Assembly (NCBI RefSeq): GCF_006345805.1
Contig: NC_043012.1
Location: forward strand, 28,768,001-28,832,000
DNA: 64,000 nucleotides
Direction of reading: 5' to 3'
DNA from: Octopus sinensis
Taxonomy: Eukaryota
Part shown: piece by piece, positions 51,765-64,000 of the stretch
How the letters are laid out: each line of letters starts with the position of its first letter
Numbering within the stretch: the first letter of the stretch is position 1
Notes under the pieces: model-generated
What the model saw: the letters and a program-made list of their open reading frames with translations, nothing else
Told to the model about the DNA's origin: nothing
Databases searched by the model: none
Made by a program: the position numbers and the translations under genes

Positions 51765-52452
51765 TAGCGTAAATTCAAGGTGTTCTATATGCAACATTGA
51801 TTCTCTTATATATTTATATATTTTTATATGATGTTTATATATTTATATATTACTATATTTTTAAACGTCGGGCTTTATATCTGTTCTGTAGATATAAATG
51901 AATATATGAATATATGTGTTTGATCTTTCTGTGGATTTTGTAGTGTTCTTGTAGTTGCTGCTCATATTGCCTCCCCTCGGATTAAGAAGTATATATATAT
52001 ATAGATATCAATAATAATGTTGAAGTAGTAGCTTTTATCTGCTATTTCTAAACTTCGGTATGTGGTGAAGCAAATATTTTTTGCTGAACCCTAATTATAA
52101 TTATACTCATAATTATAGAATTTTTGTATAATTTTAACGATAATTGTTCTTTTAACATACCTCCTCTACTGAAGAGGCGAATGGGAGAGTAGAGATATGA
52201 TTTTACATTTTTCATATCTCTCTAACTCCGAAACTCGTTAATCAAAGCCGGGTGGATTCGTTATTTTTTTCTCTTTACCTGCGTGAGTTATCGAGTATTG
52301 CTGTCTGGGAGATGTTCTTATGGAAGTGAAATAGTAATTTTTAACTGCTATTTCTAAATTTCGGTATGTGGTGAAGCAAATATTTTTGCTGAACCCTAAA
52401 TATATTTATACTCATAATTATAAAAATTATTATTATTATTATATATATGTAA

Positions 52453-52497
<45 letters not shown>

Positions 52498-52542
52498 TAG
52501 ATAAGAAAGTTGGTCTGTGAAAGCACGTGGGTGAATATATAG

Positions 52543-55500
52543 AAAATAGTAAAGAGTGAAAAAACTACAGAAGACTTAAATGTTAAAAAATATATATATT
52601 TGCGTCAATATGTCTGAAGAATATTAGAAAATTTTTAAAAACATATTTTTCTCTTATAATGACATAATTTAAAAGAAAGAATTCTTCCAAAAATATAGTG
52701 CAACTTTCAAAAATAAATTGGGTACAAATAATCCCTTCCTTAAGAAAATTACAAAATATAAAAAAGAAAAACCAAACAACCCACGAACAACCCCCAACTA
52801 TCCTCCATACACTAAAAACAGAAATCACCCACAACCAACCTTTGCAAACCACGCAAGACCTAACAGGGAACTAGCTGACAGACGTCGCGTCTATGAAATA
52901 AATTACACCAAAAACAGAACACACCAACAACATCCTAATACCAGACCCAACCACCATACAGCACAAAACGACACTAGAATAAGAAATACACCACACACAA
53001 GTCGCTACTACTCCATGAACCAAAATTACAGGTCCCCACTAAACACAAGACAAACGCAAAACAACACTATATCAAGCAACATCCCACATACAAGCAGTTC
53101 GAAACAAAAATATTTCTCATACAGAAATTTTACACACACCACAAACAAAAACAACCATAGATTCCCACACACACACAACGATCGGGGGCAACAATACCAC
53201 CACTCCCCCGACCCAATATCACACAACCTCACAGACAACTCATACAAACAAAATTACACCCAACATTTTTTAGCCAGGGACCAGGGACACCAGGACACAG
53301 GCTGGAACCTAGTAATAAGGAAAAACCGAAGATAATCAATCTTTCAACCAAACCTCTTTCTAACATAAAAATTGACATCCTCTCAAAAGGGCTCAAATTT
53401 ACACCAACTCCACGCAGAGCCAACCTAAATGAAATCAAGGATAATATAACAGAATTTTGCAGAAAATTAAGACTAGCAGAAGCATCAACCAGTTTCAATA
53501 CTGAAGATGAATCACTAGTCAAGAACAAAAGTGAACACATCCCATACAGAGGAAGAAATAAAGATCTAGACGAATTCTGTAACCACATTGAGAACTTTCC
53601 CTACCATCCTATACATAAACAGAAAGTTAACTCAAATTTTAACTCTACACAATGGAAAGAACTGATAGAACTTCAAAATGATAAGAATATAACCATTATG
53701 GAAGCAGACAAGGGAAATGCAGTTGTAATAATGGATACATCATACTACAGAAATCTTGTAATTTCCTTGCTTGATGACGACCTACATTATGAAAAAATTA
53801 CCAACTACACCCCATAAAAAATAATGAAAACTCTATCTTCACTAATTAAAACCCATGAAAAGGAACTAACAACCAAAGAGATTGACTTCCTAACAAACTT
53901 TAAATGCAAACCTAGCCTTTTCTATGGTCTGCCAAAAATTCATAATAGTCAAATTATAAATGAAACCATTAAAAAATCACCAAAGACTTACATACACACA
54001 CCTAACCCGGGTGACCTAAAACTACGACCCATTGTAGCTGGCCCAACCTGTGAAACACACAGACTAAGTCTACTTATGGACATCCTCCTGAAACCCTTCC
54101 TTAAACATATCGATAGCCATATCAGAGATGACTTAGTTAAACCACCTTCCAAAAAAAGCCAAGGAAGAAACAATCCTGGTTTCATTTGATGTAGTTAACT
54201 TATATACCAGTATACCTCATAATTATGGACTGGAGGCAATACAGTTCTGGTTAGACCAATTTCCGGAAGAAATACCAAAAAGGATCAGTAAAGAATTCAT
54301 TACTAAATCAATTGAATTCATCCTACACAATAACCACTTCATGTTTGACAATATATTTTACCGTAAAAAATCCGGAATTGCTATGGGTACAAGGGCAGCA
54401 CCAGTCATTGCGAACTTAACAATGGGATACATGGAAATAATCATTTACCAGGAATCTTTATCAATCCTTGGAAACCCCCTCTCTCAATACATAAAAGAGA
54501 ATTGGAAACGATTCTTAGACGATTGTTTTATTCTCTGGAATGAAAACAAAGATAAACTCCTAAAATTTAAAAACCTATTGAACAGCATAAACCCAAATAT
54601 ACAGTTCACAATGGAATACAACCAAAAGGAGCTCCCGTTCTTGGATATACTAATTAAAAAAATTAACCTTAAAATAGAAACAGACATTTTTTACAAAGCC
54701 ACAGACGCCAAACAATACCTTCTTTTTAATTCATGCCACCCAAGACACACTAAAACAAACATCCCCTTCAACCTTGCAAGAAGGATATGCACAATAGTGT
54801 CAGAACAAATACCAGGAACTTTAGACTGCAAGAACTCAAAAACACCCTAATTGACAGACATTACCCAGCTCAACTCATAGAGGATGGGATCAGACGTGCA
54901 ACAGAAATCAACATAGAAACTTTAAGAAAAGTTCAACACAACAACACACCTTCCCCGAAAATACTACCTTACATATCTACATACAACCCCAGAAACAAAG
55001 AAGCCTTCACCATCATCACCCAGAATTTACCAATACTTCATAAAGACCCCAAATTAAAGGAAATTCTAAACATACACCAAATCATTAAAAGCTACAAACA
55101 GCCTAAATCACTCAAAAAGATTCTCACAAAGGCAAAATTGTCTTCTGAAATTACGGATGCAAAAGTAAAAGAATGTGGTAGATCGAACTGTGCAACATGT
55201 CCTAACCTGCTAGAAGGATCAGAATTCCTCTTTAAAGAGGGACAGAAATTCAAGATCAAATCTAACTTTACTTGTGCCTCTGAAAAAATTTATGTCATAA
55301 AATGCTCGGGCTGCCACCAAGACTACGTGGGTTCCACGGGACTATCACTCAGACGTAGATGCACACTGCATCGACAACACATTGCATTCCCAGAATATAG
55401 AATGATACCTTTTAGTGAGCACATTGAGAAATGCGCAAAGCAACTACTACCACAATTTTTAATCTTTCCATTTTACCAATGTGCTTTCGGATCATCAACA

Positions 55501-55885
55501 CAAATTGGACTAAACAAGGAAACATTCTTCATTGAAAAGTACAAGCCCAGACTCAACCATCCGAACATACTGATACAGAGAAATTCACACCAAGGGAAAG
55601 GAAAAAAATTTTAAGCGATTATCTCCCTTACACCGGAAGAAATCACTCACTACCTTCCCTTATTTAGAACTCTCCTGAACATAAACATAACGAAAACTCT
55701 ATTCAACATAAACATAACGTCGCAAGAAATTTGAAAAGCTACACGCGAAACCGGTCTTTCTTTTAAATTATGTCATTATAAGAGAAAAAAAAAAAAATTT
55801 TCTAATATTCTTCAGACATATCGACGCAAATATATATATTTTTTAACATTTAAGCCTTCTGTAGTTTTTTCACTCTTTACTATTT

Positions 55886-55886
<1 letters not shown>
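52543..55886 (+). mobile_element. Near-full-length Penelope-like element with ~135-bp terminal inverted repeats; frameshifted ORF ~52718..55614
   Basis: ILSKGLKFTPTP..EFCRKLRL; EADKGNAVVI; LFYGLPKIH; LRPIVAG; SFDVVNLYTSIP; GIAMGT..WKRFLDDCF; ELPFLD; YLLFNSCHP; CGRSNCATC; IYVIKCSGCHQDYVGSTG; arms 52543..52680 and 55755..55886. Confidence 0.97.
55724..55762 (+). ncRNA. Minimal hammerhead motif with U3-A8 covariation
   Basis: aagaaa-t-TTGAAAA-gc tacac gc-GAAAC-CG-GTC-tttctt; 6-bp stem I, palindromic ACCGGT stem III, GUC triplet. Confidence 0.65.
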
Positions 55887-55963
<77 letters not shown>

Positions 55964-55985
55964 ATATATAACTATAATAATAATA

Positions 55986-56044
<59 letters not shown>

Positions 56045-56045
56045 T
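55887..56045. repeat. (AT)n(AAT)n microsatellite
   Basis: Abuts the right inverted repeat. Confidence 0.95.
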
Positions 56046-56299
56046 ATGCAGGAAAAGTCGGTAATGACACAAGGAACAGATTATGAAATATTGGTAGTGA
56101 TCCGGGAATTTTTATGGATTCTTGAAGGATTTTTCATTTGTTATATTTACTTTACATGAAGTATTACAATGTTACGTTCTTTGATTATCTCCCTTGAAAA
56201 CACATTCATCGTTTGCACGTAACCTATGGTGGCGTTGCTGTTTCCAAAGTTTATTTTCGTTTCTCTATTAGTAATTTTACTCGCGTATGTATCTTAAAA

Positions 56300-56690
56300 T
56301 GAGCTGCTTGGCGGGGGTCTGCGGAGGATGACATGACAAGCCTTGACTATTGGGATCGAGTCAAAAAGGTCAGACTTTGCTCCCTCCACCGCAACTGTGA
56401 GCTCTATTTCATCTGTATGATGTGGAAAATATTCCATGAACATTGCCCATCTTTAAAATTCGTCCGAGGCTTGGCCCCCGTGCCATCCGTCCACTACAGA
56501 AATGTATCACAACACTATGACAAAACTATTTCACCTAAATTGGCCCTGCTCTCTTCAACATCATGCCAGACACATAAAGGAGGAAATATCAGATAAACCA
56601 CCCATGCCCAGATATGTCTTTGAAAGCAATAACCCTCTGCTTGAATGGGCTACGGTTCCCCAGAGCTGACTGTGTATCTCTTCCAGGTGG
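56300..56690 (+). mobile_element. CR1-group LINE 3' fragment
   Basis: LDYWDRVKKVRLCSLHRNCELYFICMMWKI resembles the L.YW.RL..L.LYSL.RR.ER...I..WKI C-terminal motif. Confidence 0.65.
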
Positions 56691-57059
56691 TGCTATTAAA
56701 TGAGATATGGCTGGAGTCAACATCGGCCGAAACTTATCTAAGTAATCTAATCAAATCATGACAACGTGGGTAGAGGCTGATATCTTAACATTTCTGATGG
56801 TCTTCAGTATAAAAAAGATTATTAAAGATTTATATAGAACTACATTCAGAGTATGTCTATAAGCTATTGTGTTTAGACCTGGTTTCTACCCTCAAACTGT
56901 TCCGTTTTGTAGATGCAATTTTTTTTAATTAAGCGCTTCGAAATTAGAAAAATCAGGAATCTGCAACAATCTCGGTCCCATGAGTATCGGATAATGGATT
57001 TTCAATTGTGTAAAGAAACTGATTGTGGTGATCGTAGTTTTGACGGTGATTGTGGTGAA

Positions 57060-57430
57060 AGCAGAGACAGTGTTGATGATGACGATGGTCGAGATAAGAA
57101 TGGGAGGAGGATAAAATAGTGTCGGTGGATATAATGGCGATGGGAGCGGTGTGATGTGCGATGCTGAGTGATGGTGATAAGAGTGGTGTTGATGATAGTG
57201 TTAGTTGTGTGATGGTGGTATTGTAGTGGTTATACTGGTTGTGGTGGTGAAAGTGACTGTCAAGGTAACTGTCATCATAACGTTGATGGTGGTGTATGTG
57301 GTTGAAGTTGAAGCAATGACAATGCTGCTGATGATGTTAGTGGTTGTGGTGGTGGTGATAGTGGTAGGATAGTTGTGGTGGTGATTGTGATATGATGATA
57401 GTGGTGGTGGTGGTTGTCGTCGTCGTCGTA
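57060..57430. repeat. Degenerate (GGT/GAT/GTT)n low-complexity tract
   Basis: Visible trinucleotide-derived sequence. Confidence 0.85.
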
Positions 57431-57489
57431 GTGCTGCTCCTGCTGGTTTGGCGGAGGTCTGCGCCCTCCGAGTGCTTTTCTAGTTGAAA

Positions 57490-58918
57490 CTTACTAATAA
57501 GCTGTTCATGGTGCAAGTGATACTCAGGCCAACCAGGGGAAACAACATACAGGACTTATGTTTCGCAAATAATGTGGACTTTATCCATAATGTCAAAGCG
57601 ACATCAACGGCACTCTCAGATCACAACATTGTTGAACTAGCTGCGTATGGTCCAACGCGAATTGTTAGTATCTACCCTATCAGGAGGACTCAAACCTTAT
57701 CCAACCTAAGGCAAAATGTGAATCAATCCGCAAAGAGATCCACAAACGAAACTGGTCCAACACTCTGTGCATGCAAGACATTCATCTGAAACTCAGCCAG
57801 TTTATGTCTACAGTGCAAGCTATATGCACTAAATATGTCCCAGAAAGAAGGGCCAGCACACTGTCAAACAAGATTCCCAGGGACATAAAAATCCTCATGA
57901 GACGCAGGTCAAAGATCTCAAAACGGCTGAATAGACAACTGAAGGATAAAGGGAAGTCTATCTTCATACGGACGCTCTTAGGAATCGAAGGCAAGATTAA
58001 ACTCTCTCACGAAATGGAAAGAGCAGAGAGAAAGAAAAGGGCTGTGGAAAGCATGAAAACAAACCTCAAAGCTTTCTATATATTCGCAAAGGAAACAGCC
58101 ACAATACAATATAAAATAGGACCCTTGTTGCAAGGGAATGACTCACTGACAGCGAAGGATGAGATACTCAGTGAATAATTTTAAAGTGTTTTCACTTTTC
58201 CCTTTGGACACTCTGCAGATGAAAAATACGGCTGAATTCCTTAATATTGCAGGCACCAGCCATTGATTACATCAACATTGAGGAAACAATAGCGAAACCA
58301 CTTCAGATATTTTTCCAAAGCGGTATATTTCCTAAAAAGCTGAAAGAAGGCATTATAAGGTGGAAGCAGAGGCGATGCCAAGAACTACAAGCCAATCTCT
58401 CTGACTTCGCATATAAGTAAAGTCATGGAGCGAATCATCAGAAAGAAGTTGATTATGTTCTTAGAAGAAAATGACCTCTGAACAATACTCAGCATGGCTT
58501 CCGTCCGAGAAAAAGCTGCCTCACACAGCTTCTACAGAACTACGGCTGAGTTTTAAAACAGCTGCTTGACCATTCAGATGTCAGTGTAATATACCTTGAC
58601 TTTGCAAAGGCATTTGATAAGGTAGATCATGACATGATAAGTCATAAGCTACAAGACCTTGGCATTGCAGGTAGACTGGGAGAGTGGCTGCATGACTTCC
58701 TTAAAAACAGAAGTCAGATAGTTGCAGCCAATGGTGCCCTTTCTAAGAAAACTCAAATCGTGAGTGGTGTCTCCAGGGGATTATTTTGGGGCCATTACTG
58801 TTCATAATAGTCCTCTTAGACATGCCCATGGTCACTCGGACAGCCATTGTCACTAGCTGTGCCGATGATACAAAATTATCACCGGCAATAAAAAGCCAAG
58901 ATGATGTCACAAGCTTAA
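57490..58918 (+). mobile_element. CR1-group LINE fragment (APE C-terminus to RT YADD-like motif), frameshifted
   Basis: PTRGNNIQDL..SDHNIV; NYKPISLTSHISKVMERII; QHGFR..SCLTQLL; YLDFAKAFDKVDH; LGPLLF; CADDTK at ~58858. Confidence 0.93.
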
Positions 58919-60704
58919 ATACTTACATGATATAAAGCATGATGTCTGGTGCATTTGTTATAAAATATTTCGAAACACTAAAGCTCAAAATAGTAAATTA
59001 CTATGAAATTGGCCTAAAAAATATGGTTTCTTTTGTGTTCCTAAAATTTTAGAAAATTAAAATATAAGCACAGTGTTAAAATTATTTCAATAGCAGCATA
59101 AAACAGAAGCAGGCGAATGCATAATATAGAAACAGGTATTTTGCATTTTAATTGTCAAGATTTTTATCGCTTAATTCTGACATTTTTAATACAGCTTCTC
59201 TTTACGTTGGAAAATGAAACATCGTCTTGAATGTATACTTGCTTGTTTTCTTCTTACATTTAAAAACCATAAATGACAAACGAAAACGCATATCAACTAA
59301 TCTTAATCCATAATGAAACACTTTCTTGACAACTTTGAGTGGTACTCTTCCAAAATTAGATGAAAACGATGAGATTTCTGTATGTTTATTTATTCATATC
59401 ATATACCCCACCAATGTTTCGTTGAAAGAAATTCATTGATACTTACATATTTCACCTTTATGCGCTTTTCGAAATTAAATATATTCATATTTAACTTCCG
59501 AAGTTGATGTTTGTCTTCATGGAAACTTATACATTAAACGGTTAAAAGATTGAGAATTTATTCTTCTCCAACCCTGTACACATATCTTGTACAAGATTTG
59601 TTTGTTTGTTTTCTATTTTCCTTGACGAAGCACATCAATCACATATATGTCACCTCTGTGAATAGAATTTGTTGCTACGGCAAATCTTTTTTTGCTATAA
59701 TTTTGTGTCAGAGAATACAAATAACCAAAACACCTATTAAGTATTGCACAGGGAATTACTCCTATCAGCATGTATCTTTCTGCTTCTTTGTGCCTTATAT
59801 TAACAGTCCCTTTCTTATCGATAATTAATTTGTGCCGTGTCGATGAAACATTATGCGTCAAATAGCGGGAAGGAAATATTTTAAAAATTGTTGATCTCAC
59901 TGACATTGCTTTTTTACGTGGTCGTCGGGAATGAAAGGAGAAGTATACGTCATTTGATTTCTGAAATGTGATGTACGAGACATAGCCGTTGAACAAATTA
60001 AACATAATTAAGACTTAATTGCTCAGTATTTTCATTCCATCTGAATGCAAATGTTCGTTCACTTCCCCAGGATGAGGTTAGCACACATACTAAGCTTTAC
60101 ACATAAATGTAACAAAGACTATGTACTCGCTTGACATGCTAGAAATAGTAGTCAAATTTCCATCAACTCATACTCTACCATTTAAGAAAAAAGAAAATGC
60201 AGCTTCACCAAAGTAGTTATTGATAATTTATTTCTGAAAGGATGGTGGAATAGTCACCGTTAGAATTCCTTTTATTACAGATCTGCTCAGAGTCATATTT
60301 AGGTGAAATAAGTATTACATTTTGTTCCCGAAATGTCTGTAGAATGTGAGTTATTTATTGAGTCCCACGTTTGTAGAGGCTATAAATAATGTATAAATAA
60401 TATATTCGAAGGCAGAATATATTTGAGTACTCAGCCATAAAGAATCGTCCCAAAAGTGACCGGGATCTGTCAGGATATTTCCATTTGTGCTGTATTGTAA
60501 CAAAGAACTGGGAGACCATCCTCGTCCCAAAGGAAGAAATTATATTATTTATGGGTTTTGAACCTTCCGAGCTTAAGATAGCACTAGGACCGCTCAGTAT
60601 CAGATGATATTGAACTAAATAACAACAACAACAACAACAACAACAAGCATACTTAACATTACAGCAATTCTAGAAGTTCAACCAAGTTTGCAGGTATGCT
60701 GGTT

Positions 60705-60900
60705 TCAAATTTTGGCACAAAGCCGGCAATTTGGGGGGAGGGATTAAGTTAATTACAACGACCCAGTGCTCAACTGGTACATATTTCATCGACTCCGAAA
60801 GGACAAAAGGCAAAGGATTTGAACTCAGAACGTAAAGACGGGCGAAATGCCACTAAGCATTTTGCCTGCCGTGCTAACAACCCTGCCAGCTCGCCGCCTG
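60705..60900 (-). mobile_element. SINE family C copy
   Basis: aactggtac..atcgactccgaaagga..aaaggcaaag..atttgaactcagaacg..ctgccagctcgccgcc. Confidence 0.85.
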
Positions 60901-61829
60901 AATCAAATTGAATATATTAATAATCTTACCGGCGAATCTGTTTTAAAATAGATACGTTACTCAATTCTTTTCACACCAGAGCCACTTATGACTATCGATT
61001 CGATAGGGCATCAGAAAATGAAAAGAAGGATCGGTTGTTTGTGCCTTAAAACTAATGTTTCTTTCCGTGGAAATGACACTTCACTATCAATGACAGTATC
61101 TATCCAGCGTAAAGTTGGTTTGTCTGTCGTTATAACATCCCACTACAGTGATTGTAAATTTGATGCGCACTTCGTTGTTTGCATTGGTGAATTCATTTCG
61201 TACATTAGTAACGAACAGCTATAGAGAGCCATCCTCCTTCAGAATATATTTATTTCACATTCGCTTAATACTATGCAAGGTAGAGTTAAATTTCAGTCCT
61301 TTACATCCTCGTAAGCTCTTAAGTATCAGCTGGGTGTTAGTTTTAATGGAAGAACCACAATGTAGTTATTTGACCTGCAAGAAACTGTAAACGAAGTATC
61401 TCAAATGACATAGCTAGCGTCTTGGACGCAGCTGGAACGCCTGTGATCGTAGGTCGGCTGAATTAGAGCTGATCAGAAGCTAAAACAACAATGCTTACAT
61501 GTTTAAGTAATTAGTTCTTAATGTGTAACTTGGCACCAAGGAACACTAATTAATCTATGAAATTAATTGATAGGATTTTATATATTAGCAAAATTACTTA
61601 GTGTATTAAGTGAGTAGTGTAATTGGGGAATTAAAAGGCAAACAACACAACGATATGAAGAGAACGGTATATGTTATTACAGTTTACATAAAATAGCATA
61701 ATTACAAATCCATACCAAAACCATTCAGAGACGCATGGTTAGAAAATTTGCTTTGCAGCCACGTGGTTTCGAGTTCGACCCTACTGCATGGCACCTTGAA
61801 CAAATGTCCAACAACTGTAATGAAAGTTT

Positions 61830-61906
61830 GTGTATGTGTGTGCGCGCGCGTGTGCACACATACACACACACACACAAATAAGCATACATACATACACGCA
61901 CACATT

Positions 61907-61982
<76 letters not shown>

Positions 61983-61985
61983 GTG

Positions 61986-62074
<89 letters not shown>

Positions 62075-62105
62075 CACATACACATATACATACATATGTA
62101 TACGA
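61830..62105. repeat. (GT/CA/AT)n composite microsatellite
   Basis: Visible simple repeats. Confidence 0.95.
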
Positions 62106-62924
62106 TAGTGTATCCGTGTGTGAGTGGATGTGTCTTTGGAATCCTGCGCGCGTACACTTAAGTTCTCTTTACAAACACATACTTCATGTTCAGATTTTAG
62201 GTTTGAGAGTGATATGCGACAGTAAGATTTTTAAAATTTTGCCTGGTCTTTGTTGGGCAAAATGCTTTGTGTTCTTTTTCCCGGTTCTCTGTGTTCTGAG
62301 TTCATATCTTACCGAGCTAAACTTTACTCCTCATCGATAAAATAAAATAACAGTCAAAGAAATAGATGGAAGCGTATAATCTCCTCCCTTCAAAAATTTC
62401 TAGCCTTGTGCCTAAATTAGGAAGAATTATTTTGTCTAAAGAGGGAAATCTATTTGTTGTGTTCCTACTTTTCCCTTCCTATTTGTCTCACTCCTTCCCA
62501 CTCTCCCTGCCCACTTCCTCTTTGAATCATTCCTGCCGAATGCCGTAAATACGTACGGTTATTTATCTCACAGATGTTAGCTATTTACTAAGAGCAGCAA
62601 AAAATATACGAGAAAAAATAGATGAAAATAATTTACGAAATAATTTAGCACGCAACTATATAAAAGTTCAGCGTAATCATTAATGGTAAAAAATTATAAA
62701 ATAAAATTAAAATATAGAACTTATTTGCCTTCCATATAATGCAGTTATAGGCAGATTTGATAACCTATTCTATTTCTTCGTTCTTAACTTGCCGTAAAAC
62801 GTTCCTCCTAATGCAAAATAATTCAAATTTGTCTTTTATCCTTGTTTATAACAGCTTCCAGTGAACATTTTCTTAGGTATTTAAAAACTCACCAGAAAAT
62901 GAATAATTATTTATATAGTTCATA

Positions 62925-63076
62925 GGCGCAGGAGTGGGTATGTGTAAGTAGCTTGCTTACCAACCACATGGTCCCGGGTTCAGTCTCAATGCGTGGCACC
63001 TTGGGCAAGTGTCTTCTACTATAGCCTCGGGTCGACCAAATACTTGTGAGTGGATTTGGCACACATACATATGTCG

Positions 63077-63116
<40 letters not shown>

Positions 63117-63365
63117 ATATGTGTGTGTGTTTGTGTGTGGGTATGTATATGTTTGTGTATGTGTTTGTCGCCCCAACATCGATTGACAACTGATGCTGGT
63201 GCGTTTACGTCCCCGTAACTTAGCTGTTCGGCAAAAGAGACCGATAGAATAAGTACTAGGCTTACAAAGAATAAGTCCTAGGGTCGATTTTCTCGACTAA
63301 AGGTGGTGTTCCAGCATGGCCACAGTCAAATGATTGAAACAAGAAAAAGAATAAAAAATAAAAAG
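62925..63365 (+). mobile_element. SINE family B, full length
   Basis: ggcgcaggagtggg..gggttcagtctcaatgcgtggcaccttgggcaagtgtc..cagcatggccacagtcaaatgattgaaacaag. Confidence 0.93.
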
Positions 63366-63726
63366 AATTTGAATCATTTTTGTTGATGTATCTTCGGGCC
63401 AAATATAGCAGTGCAACAATGCATTTTATTAAAGTGCAATTTATAAAAGTGCATTCTATAAAAGTACAATTTACAAGGAATCATATTACGTATTTAGAAA
63501 ACATTATTTTTTTTTTCTGACCTGGATAACGGCTCTCAATTCAGCTCTATTTCAAAGACTAAGGTCATCACTGACCTATGGAGGTCCGAAGTACTTCAAC
63601 CAAAATACCAACGGAATTCTGTCTTCGAATATCTCAACTTTTAAGAGCAATTAAAGGCTTTACTAGAATATTGGAGCAGATGAAAATGTTGTATCAACGA
63701 GTACTATATAACATTGAGTACTATAT

Positions 63727-63921
63727 TGGCTTCAAATTTTGGCAAAAAGTCAGCAATTTGGGGGGAGGGTCAAGTCGATTACATTGACTCCAGTGCTCAA
63801 ATGATACTTATTTTATCCACCCTGAAAGGATGAAAGGCAAAGTCGACCCCGCTGGAATTTAAACTCAGAACGTAAAGACGGACGAAATGCTGCTAAGCAT
63901 TTTGAACGGCGCACTAACGAC
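63727..63921 (-). mobile_element. SINE family C copy
   Basis: gaaaggatgaaaggcaaagtcgacc..ggaatttaaactcagaacgtaaagacgg. Confidence 0.85.
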
Positions 63922-64000
63922 CAAACTCAGTGTATTGTAGTAAAATAGAATATACAAAAACACGAAAATGATCTCATCTACAAAAAAAGCCACATGCCAG

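Noticed and set aside
57060-57430. Thr/His/Pro-rich coding potential on the minus strand
   Set aside because: Degenerate trinucleotide repeat with stops and no splice support

Overview
AT-rich, microsatellite-dense eukaryotic DNA. The tRNA-derived SINE families and the (AT)n/(CATA)n/(GATA)n load suggest an octopod cephalopod; this is inference from recalled repeat families, not a database result. No intact host gene was recognised. The window is a transposable-element graveyard: at least ten Penelope-like (RT + GIY-YIG) fragments including one near-full-length copy (52.5-55.9 kb), CR1-group, RTE and R4/Dong LINE fragments, a Tc1/mariner element with both TIRs and DD36E spacing, a Helitron helicase 3' half with its hairpin-CTAG end, about 20 SINE copies, a ~1.25-kb tandem duplication, several fold-back inverted repeats, a 13 x 31-bp minisatellite and a spliced pseudogene probably belonging to a DNA transposon. 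The strongest unexplained structure is a set of about eleven minimal type-I hammerhead-ribozyme motifs, most lying downstream of a Penelope 3' end on the same strand. Several have non-canonical but internally consistent cores (U3-A8 covariation, C4, CUGUUGA+A). In the near-full-length element the inner edge of the 5' inverted repeat falls within 2 nt of the predicted cleavage site. All alignments and folds were done by eye, and many element boundaries are approximate.
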